Below are positions 1 through 10,080 of a DNA stretch of 64,000 nt, piece after piece. This DNA comes from a virus. Taxonomy: Duplodnaviria > Caudoviricetes. The translations under genes and the position numbers were made by a program. The notes beneath the pieces are model-generated. The model had not been told where the DNA came from, made no database searches, and was given only the letters and a program-made list of their open reading frames with translations. The stretch covers positions 313-64,312 of the IMG/VR virus record IMGVR_UViG_3300020577_013547; one strand, 5' to 3'. Each line of letters starts with the position of its first letter. The stretch's first letter is position 1.

Positions 1-1
1 C

Positions 2-433
2 ATGGAGTACATCGAAGCTCCGCTGTCGCTCGACGGCAGCGAAGGGTTGCTTGCAATTGCAGTGCGCGCATCGTATGCAGTGCCACCTGGCATCCAGTTC
101 CACACGGACAAGGACCAGCCACTGCAGCTAGCAACCATGGGCTGGGCTGAGGGTCACGTTGTTCCGCCGCACGTGCACCTTCGCCGTGAGCGAGTTGCAG
201 ATCGCACCCAGGAGTTCATGCTGGTGCGAAGTGGGCGGGTGTACGTGAGCATCTTCACGAGTGCTCGCGAGCTCGTGCGGACTGTCACCCTGGATGCTGG
301 CGACTGCATACTCCTGCTCAGTGGCGGCCACTCGATGCAAGCTGACAGCGATGCGAGCATCCTGTACGTCAAGACTGGCCCTTACACGACTCGCGAAGAG
401 GACAAGGTCGAATGGACGAATACGAGCTGCTAG
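2..433 (+). CDS. Cupin-fold protein (WbuC-like, sugar-pathway associated)
   Basis: PHVH...E...LLSGGH cupin metal motif; adjacent to aminotransferase. Confidence 0.7.
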   Translation: MEYIEAPLSLDGSEGLLAIAVRASYAVPPGIQFHTDKDQPLQLATMGWAEGHVVPPHVHLRRERVADRTQEFMLVRSGRVYVSIFTSARELVRTVTLDAGDCILLLSGGHSMQADSDASILYVKTGPYTTREEDKVEWTNTSC

Positions 434-1347
434 AGCTGGAGCTGCGGGACTTCACGGATCGGCCACACGTCGTTGCGTGCAACAGCGGCACGTCTGCACT
501 GCACCTCGCACTAGAGGCACTGCAGCTGTCACCTGGATCCAGTGTTGCTGTCCCGGCGTACACGATGGTTGCAGTGCCGCGGGCGGTGGTGCTGGCAGGC
601 CACGTTCCAGTGTTCTTCGAGGATGTGCCGCCACGAGGCTGTAGTGCGGCCATCATAGCTCACGTCTATGGTCGCCAGGAGCGAGCCGACTGGCCGCACA
701 TCCCGTTTGTGATCGAGGACATGGCAGAACTCCATGGGTGCAAGCCGTATCCGAACACTGTGGCTGCATGCTGGAGCTTCTACCGCAACAAGGTGGTCCA
801 CGGCGAGGAGGGCGGATGCGTCGCATTTCACGATGCGACGCTCGCGAATTACACTCGCAAGCTCCGCTCACTCGGCTTCACAGAGGCTCACGACTACTTG
901 CACATCCCGCGAGGCCACAACTATCGCCTCGCTAACACGCTCGCGCACCTGATTCGCAACTCGCTGGCAGAAGTCGATGCCAACCTCGTATCTCGGCAGG
1001 TCGTAGAAGCTTGGTACGATCGCTACTGCCCCAGCAACTGGCACCAGCCGCGGCGCGACTCAGTGTGGGTGTACGACGTTCGCATTCCAGGGCAGACGAA
1101 GGAGGAACAACGCGAACGAGTACTCTCGCTCAACGAGGCAGGCATCGCCGCACGCCAAGGCTTTAAGCCACTGTACTGGAGTGCTGAGTTTGCGAAGTAC
1201 GCAGTGCACTGCCCGCAGGCCGAGGCAGCTGCTCACGAAGTGCTGTACCTACCAGTCTCGCCGCATCAGTCCGAAGCATCCTGCGAACGTGCGATGAGGC
1301 TTCTCAAGTCGTATGTCTCGCCGCGAAAGGACTCTGCATCTGGATGA
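412..1347 (+). CDS. DegT/DnrJ/EryC1/StrS-family PLP-dependent sugar aminotransferase
   Basis: NSGTSALHLAL, IEDMAE, SFYRNK (Schiff-base Lys), GEEGG, GHNYRL motifs. Confidence 0.9.
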   Translation: MDEYELLELELRDFTDRPHVVACNSGTSALHLALEALQLSPGSSVAVPAYTMVAVPRAVVLAGHVPVFFEDVPPRGCSAAIIAHVYGRQERADWPHIPFVIEDMAELHGCKPYPNTVAACWSFYRNKVVHGEEGGCVAFHDATLANYTRKLRSLGFTEAHDYLHIPRGHNYRLANTLAHLIRNSLAEVDANLVSRQVVEAWYDRYCPSNWHQPRRDSVWVYDVRIPGQTKEEQRERVLSLNEAGIAARQGFKPLYWSAEFAKYAVHCPQAEAAAHEVLYLPVSPHQSEASCERAMRLLKSYVSPRKDSASG

Positions 1348-1991
1348 CGCCTGTTGCCCATGGAGCTCTGCTCTCCAGTGTGCTGCACGAGCGATGGTGA
1401 ATGCACGAGTTCCGTGTAGCCGCACTTCTTGAGCGCATCCACGATGCCTCCATCCACTCGCTTGTGGCCACGCTCTGGATCCATAGGCCTCTCTGCAATG
1501 TGGCGGCTGGACAACAAGTCCAACACTCCGCCTCGCTCGAAGCACAGGGCCACTGCACCTCGGCCAAGCTGATTGCTCGCGTACCATCCATCCACAGTTC
1601 CGCCGTGCACTGTCTTGGGCGCCAACTTCTGGTTGCTAGGGAACGTGTACAGGTTCCAGTAAGTGCGCGATGCGAGTTCGCAGGCCTCCAGGTACTCTCG
1701 CAGACCGAGGCTCGTCACGAAGTCGTCTTGGAACATCGCATATCGGTCTGCATCGGGCTCCCGAATGTACAACTCGTAGAGGCCGAGGATCCAGTTGCCA
1801 TGGGTGCGAAGCGGAGTATGGCGGTATGCGACGTCGCATCCAGTCCACTCAAGTCCGCCTCTGCATCCATCCGCAAAGATGCGAGGTCGCGGGAAACCTG
1901 CATCGGCGAGTGATGCCAGCGTGCGCGGCAGAAGCGTAGTAGCGCGAACAGCGCACGTAGTAAGTCCGTATGCCCACTTCATTGCTTCCAC
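1266..1991 (-). CDS. Glycosyltransferase-like (GT-A) protein
   Basis: FQDD (DxD-like), GAVALCF, PSLVQHTG as in GT25-like proteins. Confidence 0.55.
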   Translation of the reverse strand: MEAMKWAYGLTTCAVRATTLLPRTLASLADAGFPRPRIFADGCRGGLEWTGCDVAYRHTPLRTHGNWILGLYELYIREPDADRYAMFQDDFVTSLGLREYLEACELASRTYWNLYTFPSNQKLAPKTVHGGTVDGWYASNQLGRGAVALCFERGGVLDLLSSRHIAERPMDPERGHKRVDGGIVDALKKCGYTELVHSPSLVQHTGEQSSMGNRRHPDAESFRGETYDLRSLIARSQDASD

Positions 1992-2647
1992 CCGTGCTTT
2001 GCAAAGTGAATGCGAGCTTCTTCGACAGTAAGCGGAGTAGGCTGGCCATCGAGGCGAGCACTAGCCCTGCCAAACCAGTTGGTGTCCCTGGGTCCAAGGT
2101 GCAGCACTTCCATTGGCAACCAGCGCTTGTCCTCAGTACGCCAGTGATTCTGGAACTGTGCGTCGCCGATGCCTGCATGCGGTGACTCTACACCGTACCA
2201 TGGACGCTTCTGCAGTGCTGATGCGTGGAACAGTTGGAAGTAACCAGGGTGACCCGCTTCGGTGCTAAGTGGCAGTGTATGCCAGTCTACGGGAATTGCA
2301 CCTTCGCACAGCCGCCGCTTTGCACCATACAGGCATGCTGGTTTGATGCCTTGCAGCGGCAATTCATCTGGAAGCAACGTGTCTGCATCCCACACGAGTA
2401 TCCAGCCTTCGCGGCCGAGTGCCGTGAATGCTTCCTCGATGGCCGCACCCTTGTTGAACTTCGCACTGTTGCGGTAGAATGCATTCGTCTTGTAGCATCG
2501 GGCTGACGGTACAGTAGCCACGACTGCGTGCGTGGCTGTGTCTGCTGGCGTCGTTACGACGACAATCTCCGTCATGTGCCTCGCATTGGCAGGCAGCGTG
2601 ATCGCAAGGTAGTCGTCATAGTTGACGCACACTACGAGTCCGCGCAT
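1979..2647 (-). CDS. Glycosyltransferase family 2-like protein
   Basis: VCVNYDDYL, FNKGAAI, WDAD (DxD), GYFQLF. Confidence 0.7.
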   Translation of the reverse strand: MRGLVVCVNYDDYLAITLPANARHMTEIVVVTTPADTATHAVVATVPSARCYKTNAFYRNSAKFNKGAAIEEAFTALGREGWILVWDADTLLPDELPLQGIKPACLYGAKRRLCEGAIPVDWHTLPLSTEAGHPGYFQLFHASALQKRPWYGVESPHAGIGDAQFQNHWRTEDKRWLPMEVLHLGPRDTNWFGRASARLDGQPTPLTVEEARIHFAKHGWKQ

Positions 2648-3195
2648 TACTTCCTCACCAAGAAGGCAGTTGTCTCAGCAACGAGCTTGACAGTGAATGG
2701 CGCAGAGCGGAGGAACTCGTCTGTAGCTTGCCGCACCTCAGGCCACTCGGGCGCATCTGCATAGTCGTGTACAGCCAGCACACCATCAGGCTGTAGCATG
2801 CGCGATGTGTACTGAAGGTCCTCGAGTACGTCAGCATACAGATGCGAGCCGTCTACCAGCACCAGGTCGAATGCACAATGCGATATAGCATAAAAGTCTC
2901 GTGTGAAGCCGACGAATAGCTTCTGGTTGCTACGCGAGTTATGGAACCAGTCAACGAGCCTGCCTGGAGCACGCTTTGGCACGTACCCAGGAATCCTGGT
3001 GTCATCGTCGATGAACGGATCGAGCGAGACGATGGTCGCTTCTGGACAGCGTTCCGCGAGCATGCTGGCTGTTACGCCCTCGAACGTACCAACTTCCAGC
3101 ATGCTCGTGGACTTCAGCAGCCGGCTGCTGAGCATGTCTGCGAACAGCTCCAGCTCTGCAGGCCGAACGAGCGACACGCCTTTACGCTCTTGCAT
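2647..3195 (-). CDS. Class I SAM-dependent methyltransferase (Methyltransf_24-like)
   Basis: LEVGTFEG, FDLVLVDGSH, LAVHDY; start moved to ATG 3195. Confidence 0.85.
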   Translation of the reverse strand: MQERKGVSLVRPAELELFADMLSSRLLKSTSMLEVGTFEGVTASMLAERCPEATIVSLDPFIDDDTRIPGYVPKRAPGRLVDWFHNSRSNQKLFVGFTRDFYAISHCAFDLVLVDGSHLYADVLEDLQYTSRMLQPDGVLAVHDYADAPEWPEVRQATDEFLRSAPFTVKLVAETTAFLVRK

Positions 3196-4387
3196 TCTCA
3201 ATGTAGTCCGTTGCACGCACAAGTGACTTCCCAAGTTGCACGAGCTGTGTCACTTGCTGCACAGCTCCGCCGCGAGTACGATAGATGCTTGCATGCGTTG
3301 CCGAAAACTGGCTCGGCTCATCGCTGTTTGCAAGGGCTCCATGCCCTCGCAGTGGCACTCCACACTCATGGCAGTGCTTACGGATTTGCTTGTCGAATGC
3401 ATCCTGTCCCTGCTTCCACCATCCAGGGACAATAGGCACGCCAGTATCCGGGTAGTCCGGTTCGTCCTGATGCAACATCGCTTGAGCCGCAGCAATCTCG
3501 CAGAAGTAGCCGCGCAACTCGCCGCGGAATTCGCCGATCAGCGCACTCCAGTTCTTGTTGATGTCGCAGTTTGCGATCAGCTCCCACCGCTTCTGCTCAT
3601 CTGGCTCTACATCCTTCATTGCTACGAATGGCGGCGAATGGCGAGAGTCCGAGTCTAGGCCCTTGAGATAAGGCCTGCACTCCGGCCAGTCGCGGTGGAA
3701 CTCGTCCCACGCTTCCTGCGACTGATGTACGTTGAGGTTGCTGTAAGCAGGGTTGAACGTAATTGCACAGTGGCGACCTTTGCCCTTCGGGTGATTGCTC
3801 CACAGGCCGCGTTGCACCCAGGGGATTGTGCGGCGGAGCTCGGTGCAAAGTTCTGGGAACTGTGGATGGATGCACGGATTGCCGCCGAAGATGCCGACGA
3901 CGCCGAAGTAGTCTCGCAGGCTGTCCACAGCAACCCGGAACATGTCCAGGGACATGTGGTGCACTGGACCCTTAAGGTTGCTTCCCTGGGTGCAGTTGTT
4001 GCACGCACGGTCGCATGCTCGAGTTACGTGTATTTGGAGGATTCCCTCCCTATAGATCCCGGGCCGACGATCACGCGGCATTATCATCGTTACCGGCATT
4101 CCGGGATGCTCTACTGCATAGTCTTTGCAGTGTGCACAACTCGCGACTTTGTTTGATATGAAGCCTTGTGTACAACGCTCATGTACGGCACAGTCATGAA
4201 CGTGCTTGGAGCCATTCAAACAATTCGGACACCACTCAATTACGGCTCCTAGATGCTTGCAGGGCTCTTTTAGAACATTCAGAGCTTCGACCCGGCCTGC
4301 TTCTGGAGGATTAAAGATTGTGTCGTATCGCTTGGTGTTAGCAAGCAACCAACACATTCGACACTTCCCGCAGCTACAAGGAGTCAT
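3182..4387 (-). CDS. Radical SAM protein with Cys-rich N-terminal domain
   Basis: CDRACNNC (CxxxCxxC), FGGNP; many CxxC pairs at N terminus. Confidence 0.8.
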   Translation of the reverse strand: MTPCSCGKCRMCWLLANTKRYDTIFNPPEAGRVEALNVLKEPCKHLGAVIEWCPNCLNGSKHVHDCAVHERCTQGFISNKVASCAHCKDYAVEHPGMPVTMIMPRDRRPGIYREGILQIHVTRACDRACNNCTQGSNLKGPVHHMSLDMFRVAVDSLRDYFGVVGIFGGNPCIHPQFPELCTELRRTIPWVQRGLWSNHPKGKGRHCAITFNPAYSNLNVHQSQEAWDEFHRDWPECRPYLKGLDSDSRHSPPFVAMKDVEPDEQKRWELIANCDINKNWSALIGEFRGELRGYFCEIAAAQAMLHQDEPDYPDTGVPIVPGWWKQGQDAFDKQIRKHCHECGVPLRGHGALANSDEPSQFSATHASIYRTRGGAVQQVTQLVQLGKSLVRATDYIENARA

Positions 4388-5331
4388 AGTGTTATGAGGA
4401 CAATCAGTCCAGTGACCGGGGAGCGAGTTGCGCCGGGAGAAAAGACATAGTTACCCGAGGCAGTTTGATCCGGACCATACGACGGATCAGATCCTATAGC
4501 ATTTTGGAACCACGAGGAGTGGGGTCCAGTAGGTGTAGGGTACGGCGAGCTGTTGGCGTAGTTGTATTCCACTGGTGGAGTGCCAGTTTGATCCAGCGAG
4601 CCAAAATAAAGCAATGGAGGACTGCAACTATTTCCATACTCTGTGAAAGTCCCATATCCACCGTAGTACGTCGGGACATCTCCAGCAGAAACCCACCCGG
4701 TCTGAGCATCTGGGTCGAGGATGGAGTACAGAACTGCCGCAATTCCGGTGGTAGGGTCTCCATCTCCAGAACCGGTCCCGGTCCCAGTATCCGTCAACAC
4801 CAGTCCTGAGGCATCAGTCAGATACCATATGACGCACCGAAACTTGTTTTCGTAGCAATAGAACTCGGTCACTACGCAGAAGTATCCAGCTTCGTCGAAA
4901 GACTGGTGAATCCATGCTCCGGTCTTAATCTGCGTATGAGGAGCTGCCGGAGTTCTTACTACCCACGATGGGTGATACTGGAGGAGCCTCTCTGGACTAG
5001 GCTCTATGAGACCGACGAACTCCTTGTTTAGTACGAAGTACGAATCGTAGATTGGCGGGGTAGGTATAGATTGGTAGCTCCCGGTTGCTGGAGGTGCTCC
5101 ATAGACTACTTCCTTAATGTACTGACCCGTAGGAGCACCAAACCCGTCGAGGTATGGAAAATACACCCCGCCGCTCGCGCAGATCCAACCCCTGTTGTAA
5201 AATGTAGCGTGCAAAGAGGTGGGTAGTGGATCCTCAAGAGTTCCAGTGCCAGTTGTGATATTGGCGCATGCGTCGCAGACTTCCCCTGCACAGCATCCGC
5301 AGTCCACTATTTGAGTAGTTGTTACCGGCAT
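4384..5331 (-). CDS. Putative distal tail/receptor-binding protein
   Basis: Last gene of tail block, G/T/P/Y rich; ATG overlaps upstream TGA; composition differs from neighbours. Confidence 0.4.
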   Translation of the reverse strand: MPVTTTQIVDCGCCAGEVCDACANITTGTGTLEDPLPTSLHATFYNRGWICASGGVYFPYLDGFGAPTGQYIKEVVYGAPPATGSYQSIPTPPIYDSYFVLNKEFVGLIEPSPERLLQYHPSWVVRTPAAPHTQIKTGAWIHQSFDEAGYFCVVTEFYCYENKFRCVIWYLTDASGLVLTDTGTGTGSGDGDPTTGIAAVLYSILDPDAQTGWVSAGDVPTYYGGYGTFTEYGNSCSPPLLYFGSLDQTGTPPVEYNYANSSPYPTPTGPHSSWFQNAIGSDPSYGPDQTASGNYVFSPGATRSPVTGLIVLITL

Positions 5332-5789
5332 CACACAACCTCCACGGAGAGATTGTCTCCAGTGATGCGTATGGTGCTGGTAGTCTTTGTGAACACGCAA
5401 GTGGTGGTGTTGAAGCTGCAGTCCGTCACGACGCTGAACTCAATTGTCTTGCTGACAGCGAGCACGCTCCACGTGCCAAACTTGTCGCGAACAGCTCTGG
5501 CATAGCCAGCAGGCACGTCTGCAGTGGACAGGTTGTACACTGGCAACTGCAACTGGGTTGCTTGTAGCTGAGTACCTCGGCGTGCATACACTGTGCACTC
5601 AGCATACGATGCATCGCCGTACGAGTCGATTCCTGGAATGCCGCCTACAGGCACGAGCACAGTGTACACTTCCGGAGCCATGTAGTCTGCATCGCTAACA
5701 TCGCGACGCATACGCGGCTGATCAGTGCGCAACAGCTCCTTGAGCTGTTGCTGTTGTGCTTCAGTCACCCAGAGGTAGCCATCAGGCAT
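5331..5789 (-). CDS. Hypothetical tail protein
   Basis: Translationally coupled within tail operon. Confidence 0.5.
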   Translation of the reverse strand: MPDGYLWVTEAQQQQLKELLRTDQPRMRRDVSDADYMAPEVYTVLVPVGGIPGIDSYGDASYAECTVYARRGTQLQATQLQLPVYNLSTADVPAGYARAVRDKFGTWSVLAVSKTIEFSVVTDCSFNTTTCVFTKTTSTIRITGDNLSVEVV

Positions 5790-6114
5790 GTGGATATACC
5801 GTAAGCTTGTATGCAGTAGCTCCACGCACCTGCACATCACCTGGATTGCTGATGCGAATGAAGTCAGTCGGCAGAAGCGTTGCAAATCGCATACCACCGA
5901 CGCCGACTTCCAACTCGCCGTCGCCGATGTTCTCGATGCGAATGCTTAGCACTCGCTTCACCCACCCAGCATCCAGGGTGACCCACTCGGCTTCGGCTTG
6001 TAGTCTCAGCCGCTCGTACACCTCGCCCGCACGCGTGAGCATATGTACGCAGCGGCCAGTACGCATGTGTGGCGCACCTAGGCCTTGGTAGTATACCTGC
6101 TCGACGACCGTCAT
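5782..6114 (-). CDS. Hypothetical tail protein
   Basis: Coupled ORF in tail operon; start moved to ATG 6114. Confidence 0.5.
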   Translation of the reverse strand: MTVVEQVYYQGLGAPHMRTGRCVHMLTRAGEVYERLRLQAEAEWVTLDAGWVKRVLSIRIENIGDGELEVGVGGMRFATLLPTDFIRISNPGDVQVRGATAYKLTVYPHA

Positions 6115-6121
6115 GCGGCCA

Positions 6122-6544
6122 TTAAGCTTCGAAGGCTCCGACGTATGCATTGAGTGCAGCTCCGTTAGCCATGAGTCGAAGGCGAGCGGTCTCGCCGCCG
6201 CCCGCAGTACCCGTCCCTGCATACTGCTCTTGCAGATTGCGGCTCAGCCGCAGTGGATAGCTCTCGCCCGCCAGCACTTCGCCGAGCGGGTAGAATGCTC
6301 CAGTATCCGGATCGTAGATGCCGAACTCGAAGAAGTTCGTGTCGTCGAGGTTCGTAAGCTCGACGATGCCTGGCACAGTAAGCTGCGACAGGTCGACGTC
6401 GACTCCAGTGAGTGGCACTGTGATTGCTCCAGGCACAGGGCCTTTCTGTCCGGACACGTCTGCATTGAAGCCGCGTGAACTCCGATGCTTCAGCGAGCCC
6501 TTTGTGATGCTCAGCGAGTAGTTGATGCGTGCTTCGCTTGCCAT
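6122..6544 (-). CDS. Hypothetical tail protein
   Basis: Position and contiguous operon packing. Confidence 0.5.
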   Translation of the reverse strand: MASEARINYSLSITKGSLKHRSSRGFNADVSGQKGPVPGAITVPLTGVDVDLSQLTVPGIVELTNLDDTNFFEFGIYDPDTGAFYPLGEVLAGESYPLRLSRNLQEQYAGTGTAGGGETARLRLMANGAALNAYVGAFEA

Positions 6545-6546
6545 AG

Positions 6547-7560
6547 TTAGAAGCTCGTTGGGATGCCGAGGAGCAGAAAGTTGCTCTCGTGGTAGCCTTC
6601 TACGTGAATGTTACCTGGCCGGTCGTCGCCAGTCCCAGTGGTTGCTCCCACTGGATCGTACGGTACGCCATGCCCATTGAGGATCACGCGAGTGTTCTCA
6701 CCATTGACGTCCTTGTAGCGAATGAAGTGCGATGGATTGCTTGCATTCGCGTCTGCATCCGGGATCCAGCCACCAGGTGCTGTACCAGTGGCAATTCGCC
6801 AGTGGCCTCGAAGCACCTTCTGTCCTTCGTCGAGGATGTCGCGGTCCCAGCCGGAGACGTAGGTGCTCAGTGCTCCGGGCGTGGACGTCGTACTTCGCTT
6901 TGCGTACACTTCGAACTCAAGCACTCGCTCGTAGTACACTTGGCACATGCCGTGGAACTTGCGTGTCCAGCTGTAGTTGCTGAACTTGATGAAGCGAGGC
7001 AGGCAACCCCACAGTAGCGAGTCGTTGACAGTGTCCCGCATTGCAACCAGGAGTTCCAACTCCAGCAGTGCGACGTTCTGCTTGATGCGGATCTTGTCGC
7101 GGTTCGCATCGAACTCTACTTGCGACCCGCGGATCTGCTCGAAAGCGCTGTTGACGATTGGATTGCCGTTGCGATCGTGCGTTCGCTCCTCGGAGAACTT
7201 CACGAGGTCGCCGCTTACTTCCTGCGGCTCCATCAGCGGGTCTTCGATCTGGACATCAGCGCACTTCTTGAGCGGCTTGGTAGAGAACGTCTGCTCTACG
7301 AGCCAGTACTGTACGGGCGAGCCTTCGACTTGAGCGAATGGGCTGACGTCCATCTCAGGCCGGCACCATGCCCAGAGGTCGACGTCGCTGTCCATCGTCC
7401 AGTAGTCACCAGGCTGCGGTAGGCCTGTGCACTGCATTGCCGCCGCTGGACCCAGGGACGTATCGCTAGACTCCACCTTCCAGGTGATCTTGTACTCACG
7501 ATGGCCATCTTCAAGCCTTCGGCCCTTCCACGTCTGCGGGCCTACGAGTGTCATTGTCAT
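6547..7560 (-). CDS. Putative tail (distal/baseplate hub) protein
   Basis: Immediately downstream of tape measure gene. Confidence 0.5.
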   Translation of the reverse strand: MTMTLVGPQTWKGRRLEDGHREYKITWKVESSDTSLGPAAAMQCTGLPQPGDYWTMDSDVDLWAWCRPEMDVSPFAQVEGSPVQYWLVEQTFSTKPLKKCADVQIEDPLMEPQEVSGDLVKFSEERTHDRNGNPIVNSAFEQIRGSQVEFDANRDKIRIKQNVALLELELLVAMRDTVNDSLLWGCLPRFIKFSNYSWTRKFHGMCQVYYERVLEFEVYAKRSTTSTPGALSTYVSGWDRDILDEGQKVLRGHWRIATGTAPGGWIPDADANASNPSHFIRYKDVNGENTRVILNGHGVPYDPVGATTGTGDDRPGNIHVEGYHESNFLLLGIPTSF

Positions 7561-9788
7561 ACAGTCACCGTGGGGACAGCCACTGGGTCCTTGGCTGCAA
7601 GCTTCTCGATGCCACCTGCAATGCGTTCTTGCAACATCGTCTGCTTCGAAGCCTCTGGATTGCGTTCGTATGCACGCGCGGCAGCGTTCACTGGCGGTGG
7701 TGCATTCTTCTCGAAGGATGCCTTGTAGTTCTCGAGGCGAGTGATCGCTTCGGCAGTACCAGAGAGCGTAGCATCGAACTTCTGGAGTTCCTTGCCGAGG
7801 CCTTTGTTCATGGCTGCGCCGGCTTCTTTGCCTTCGTATTCGATTCGCTTGCGGTCCTCCTCAGGCACTGCATTCGCACCGAACTCGGCCAGGCGCTTCG
7901 CTTTGAACTCCTCGAAGCTTGTGCCGACAGCATCCTTGATCTGCTCGTACTCGGCTTTGAGCTGCCGCTCAAGCTCACCAGCCTCTCGCTTCGGAATCTT
8001 GAGCTTCGAGAACACGTCCTCTGGCTTGAGTTCGCCTTCGACAACTGCCTTGAATTGCCCAGCTCCTCGCTTGAACTCACCAATGGCACTGTTGAACAGT
8101 CCTTCAAGCGACACGTCACCAGTGATGAGGCCTGCAAGGTTCGAGCCGATGTTCTTGAAGAAGTTGACGATGCCAGAGCCCATGTCCTTGAACATTCGCT
8201 CAATGGCGAGGATCGTCTCGCTGAACGTCGAGCCGAGCCAGTCGAGGAACTGGTCGAAGTAGCCTGCGAGCTTGTTTACGAGTGCAACCACGCCGACAAT
8301 TGGAGCGAGCAAGCTGATTGCCCACAACGCGCCCCAGTTGTCCTTGAACCAGTCGAACATCGCTGGGAGCTGATCTGTGAAGAAGAATGCAATCGTGTTT
8401 GCGAATGCGACAAACTGATACTTTGCGAATGCCCAAGCAAGGCCAGCAACTGCCTTGAAGTTTAGGAGGCTGAACTCGATCATGAGGAATGCATCGCGTG
8501 CGCCGTCACGGAGCTTGTTCCAGTCGATGGAGAAGCTACCTGCAATGCTGTTCCACACTGCCCTTGCAGTTGCTTTCACCTGGTTCCAAGCTTCCGTAGC
8601 CTGCATCACGATCGTGCGCCACAGGGAGCTGATGGCCTGCCGCACTGGCATGATCCAGTCCCATGCAGCCTGTGCTTGCTGGCGAACGTATGCTAGAGAA
8701 GCACCGATGCCACCGAGGCTGGCGATGAGAGCTCCAGCACCTGCAGCTGCAGCCGCAATCGAGCCTGCAATGAGTGCAGTAACCAGGGACAACCCGCCAG
8801 TGGCATACGTCACAGCCTTACCTAGCAGGATCACCGCTACTGTTAGCACGCCAACAGCAACTGTGCCGACAGCGATTGCAGCAGCTGCCGCCTTGACTTC
8901 TGCAGGAATGCTTCCGAAAAGCTCTGTGGCGAGCTGTGCCAACTCGCTTACTTGCTGCATTGCACCCTTGAGGTCTAGGTGCTCTGCGATGCTCGTGCCG
9001 ATCTTGCGAAGTGCTCCGTCAATGTCATCTTGCATCGTGGAGAACAGGCCACCGAGAGTGTGCGACTGCTTCTCCATCAAGCCTGCAAAGTCGCCGCCTT
9101 CCTCACTCGCTGCCCTGAATGCATCCTGCACCATCTTGAGCGAGATGCGACCGCGCTCCATTTCCTCCTTCAGCATCGCAACACTTTTGCCAGTCTGCTT
9201 CGAGATTACCTGCAGTGGATTGAAGCCGGCATTGATCATTTGCATCAGGTCGCCACCCATGAGGCGACCCGTGCTGCTCATCTGGCCGAAGACGTACGCC
9301 ATCTGCTGGAAGCGCTGAGCATTGCCACCAGTGACATCGCCGATCATCTTGAGTGTCGGAAGGATCTCGTCGCCGCTGAGCCCGAACTGAAGCAACTGCT
9401 TCGTGGCATTCTGCAGGTCTGTCAGCGACATTGGCGTCTGCGCTGCAAACTTCTGCAGGTCCTCGACCATCTGCTTGCCACGCTCGGCTGTCTTGAGCAT
9501 GACGCCGAACTGTACTTCGGCTTCTTCGGCCGCACTCGCGAGGCCGACAGCCTTGAATGCAGTAGCGACACTTACTGAGACGCCAGCGAGACCGCCTACA
9601 GTTGCAATTGCTTGCTTGCCCCAGCCAGCCATGGATTGCGAAGCAGATGAAATTGCAGCGCTGTTGCTCTGCACAGCGCGAGTGGCAATGTTGCTCTCGC
9701 GTTGTACATCGTGCATCATGCGAACATAGTCGGTGTCGTCACCGAGCATTCGCACGACCATGCGCTCAAGTTCGACTTCGCTTGGCAC
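7557..9788 (-). CDS. Tail tape measure protein
   Basis: Tape-measure N-terminal domain (GQMSSTGRLMGGDLMQMINAGFNPLQ), Ala-rich hydrophobic middle, follows chaperone pair. Confidence 0.9.
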   Translation of the reverse strand: MPSEVELERMVVRMLGDDTDYVRMMHDVQRESNIATRAVQSNSAAISSASQSMAGWGKQAIATVGGLAGVSVSVATAFKAVGLASAAEEAEVQFGVMLKTAERGKQMVEDLQKFAAQTPMSLTDLQNATKQLLQFGLSGDEILPTLKMIGDVTGGNAQRFQQMAYVFGQMSSTGRLMGGDLMQMINAGFNPLQVISKQTGKSVAMLKEEMERGRISLKMVQDAFRAASEEGGDFAGLMEKQSHTLGGLFSTMQDDIDGALRKIGTSIAEHLDLKGAMQQVSELAQLATELFGSIPAEVKAAAAAIAVGTVAVGVLTVAVILLGKAVTYATGGLSLVTALIAGSIAAAAAGAGALIASLGGIGASLAYVRQQAQAAWDWIMPVRQAISSLWRTIVMQATEAWNQVKATARAVWNSIAGSFSIDWNKLRDGARDAFLMIEFSLLNFKAVAGLAWAFAKYQFVAFANTIAFFFTDQLPAMFDWFKDNWGALWAISLLAPIVGVVALVNKLAGYFDQFLDWLGSTFSETILAIERMFKDMGSGIVNFFKNIGSNLAGLITGDVSLEGLFNSAIGEFKRGAGQFKAVVEGELKPEDVFSKLKIPKREAGELERQLKAEYEQIKDAVGTSFEEFKAKRLAEFGANAVPEEDRKRIEYEGKEAGAAMNKGLGKELQKFDATLSGTAEAITRLENYKASFEKNAPPPVNAAARAYERNPEASKQTMLQERIAGGIEKLAAKDPVAVPTVTV

Positions 9789-10080
9789 GCGTTACCTTGC
9801 CTCCTACTCGAGCGATTGCGATTGCTTGAGCTTGCTCCACCGTCTCCTTCACTGGTTGCTTCGGCTTGAACTCGATGCGCTGTGCATCGATGGACCCGCC
9901 TACGATGCGGGCAGCAATCTGCATCGCATAATAGTCAGCTCGCGAGGGCACATTGCGCTGCTCTTCCAACCAGTGAAGCCAACCGAGGAACTCGCGGTGC
10001 GACACGCGCTTCATGCACTGTCGCAGCGGCATCTTCAATTCCCACGCGAGTCGGTACCAGCCGCTGTACCGCTCGGCCAT
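9766..10080 (-). CDS. Tail assembly chaperone, gpT-like (-1 frameshift extension)
   Basis: In the -1 frame after the G GGA AAG slippery site. Confidence 0.75.
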   Translation of the reverse strand: MAERYSGWYRLAWELKMPLRQCMKRVSHREFLGWLHWLEEQRNVPSRADYYAMQIAARIVGGSIDAQRIEFKPKQPVKETVEQAQAIAIARVGGKVTRAKRSRT

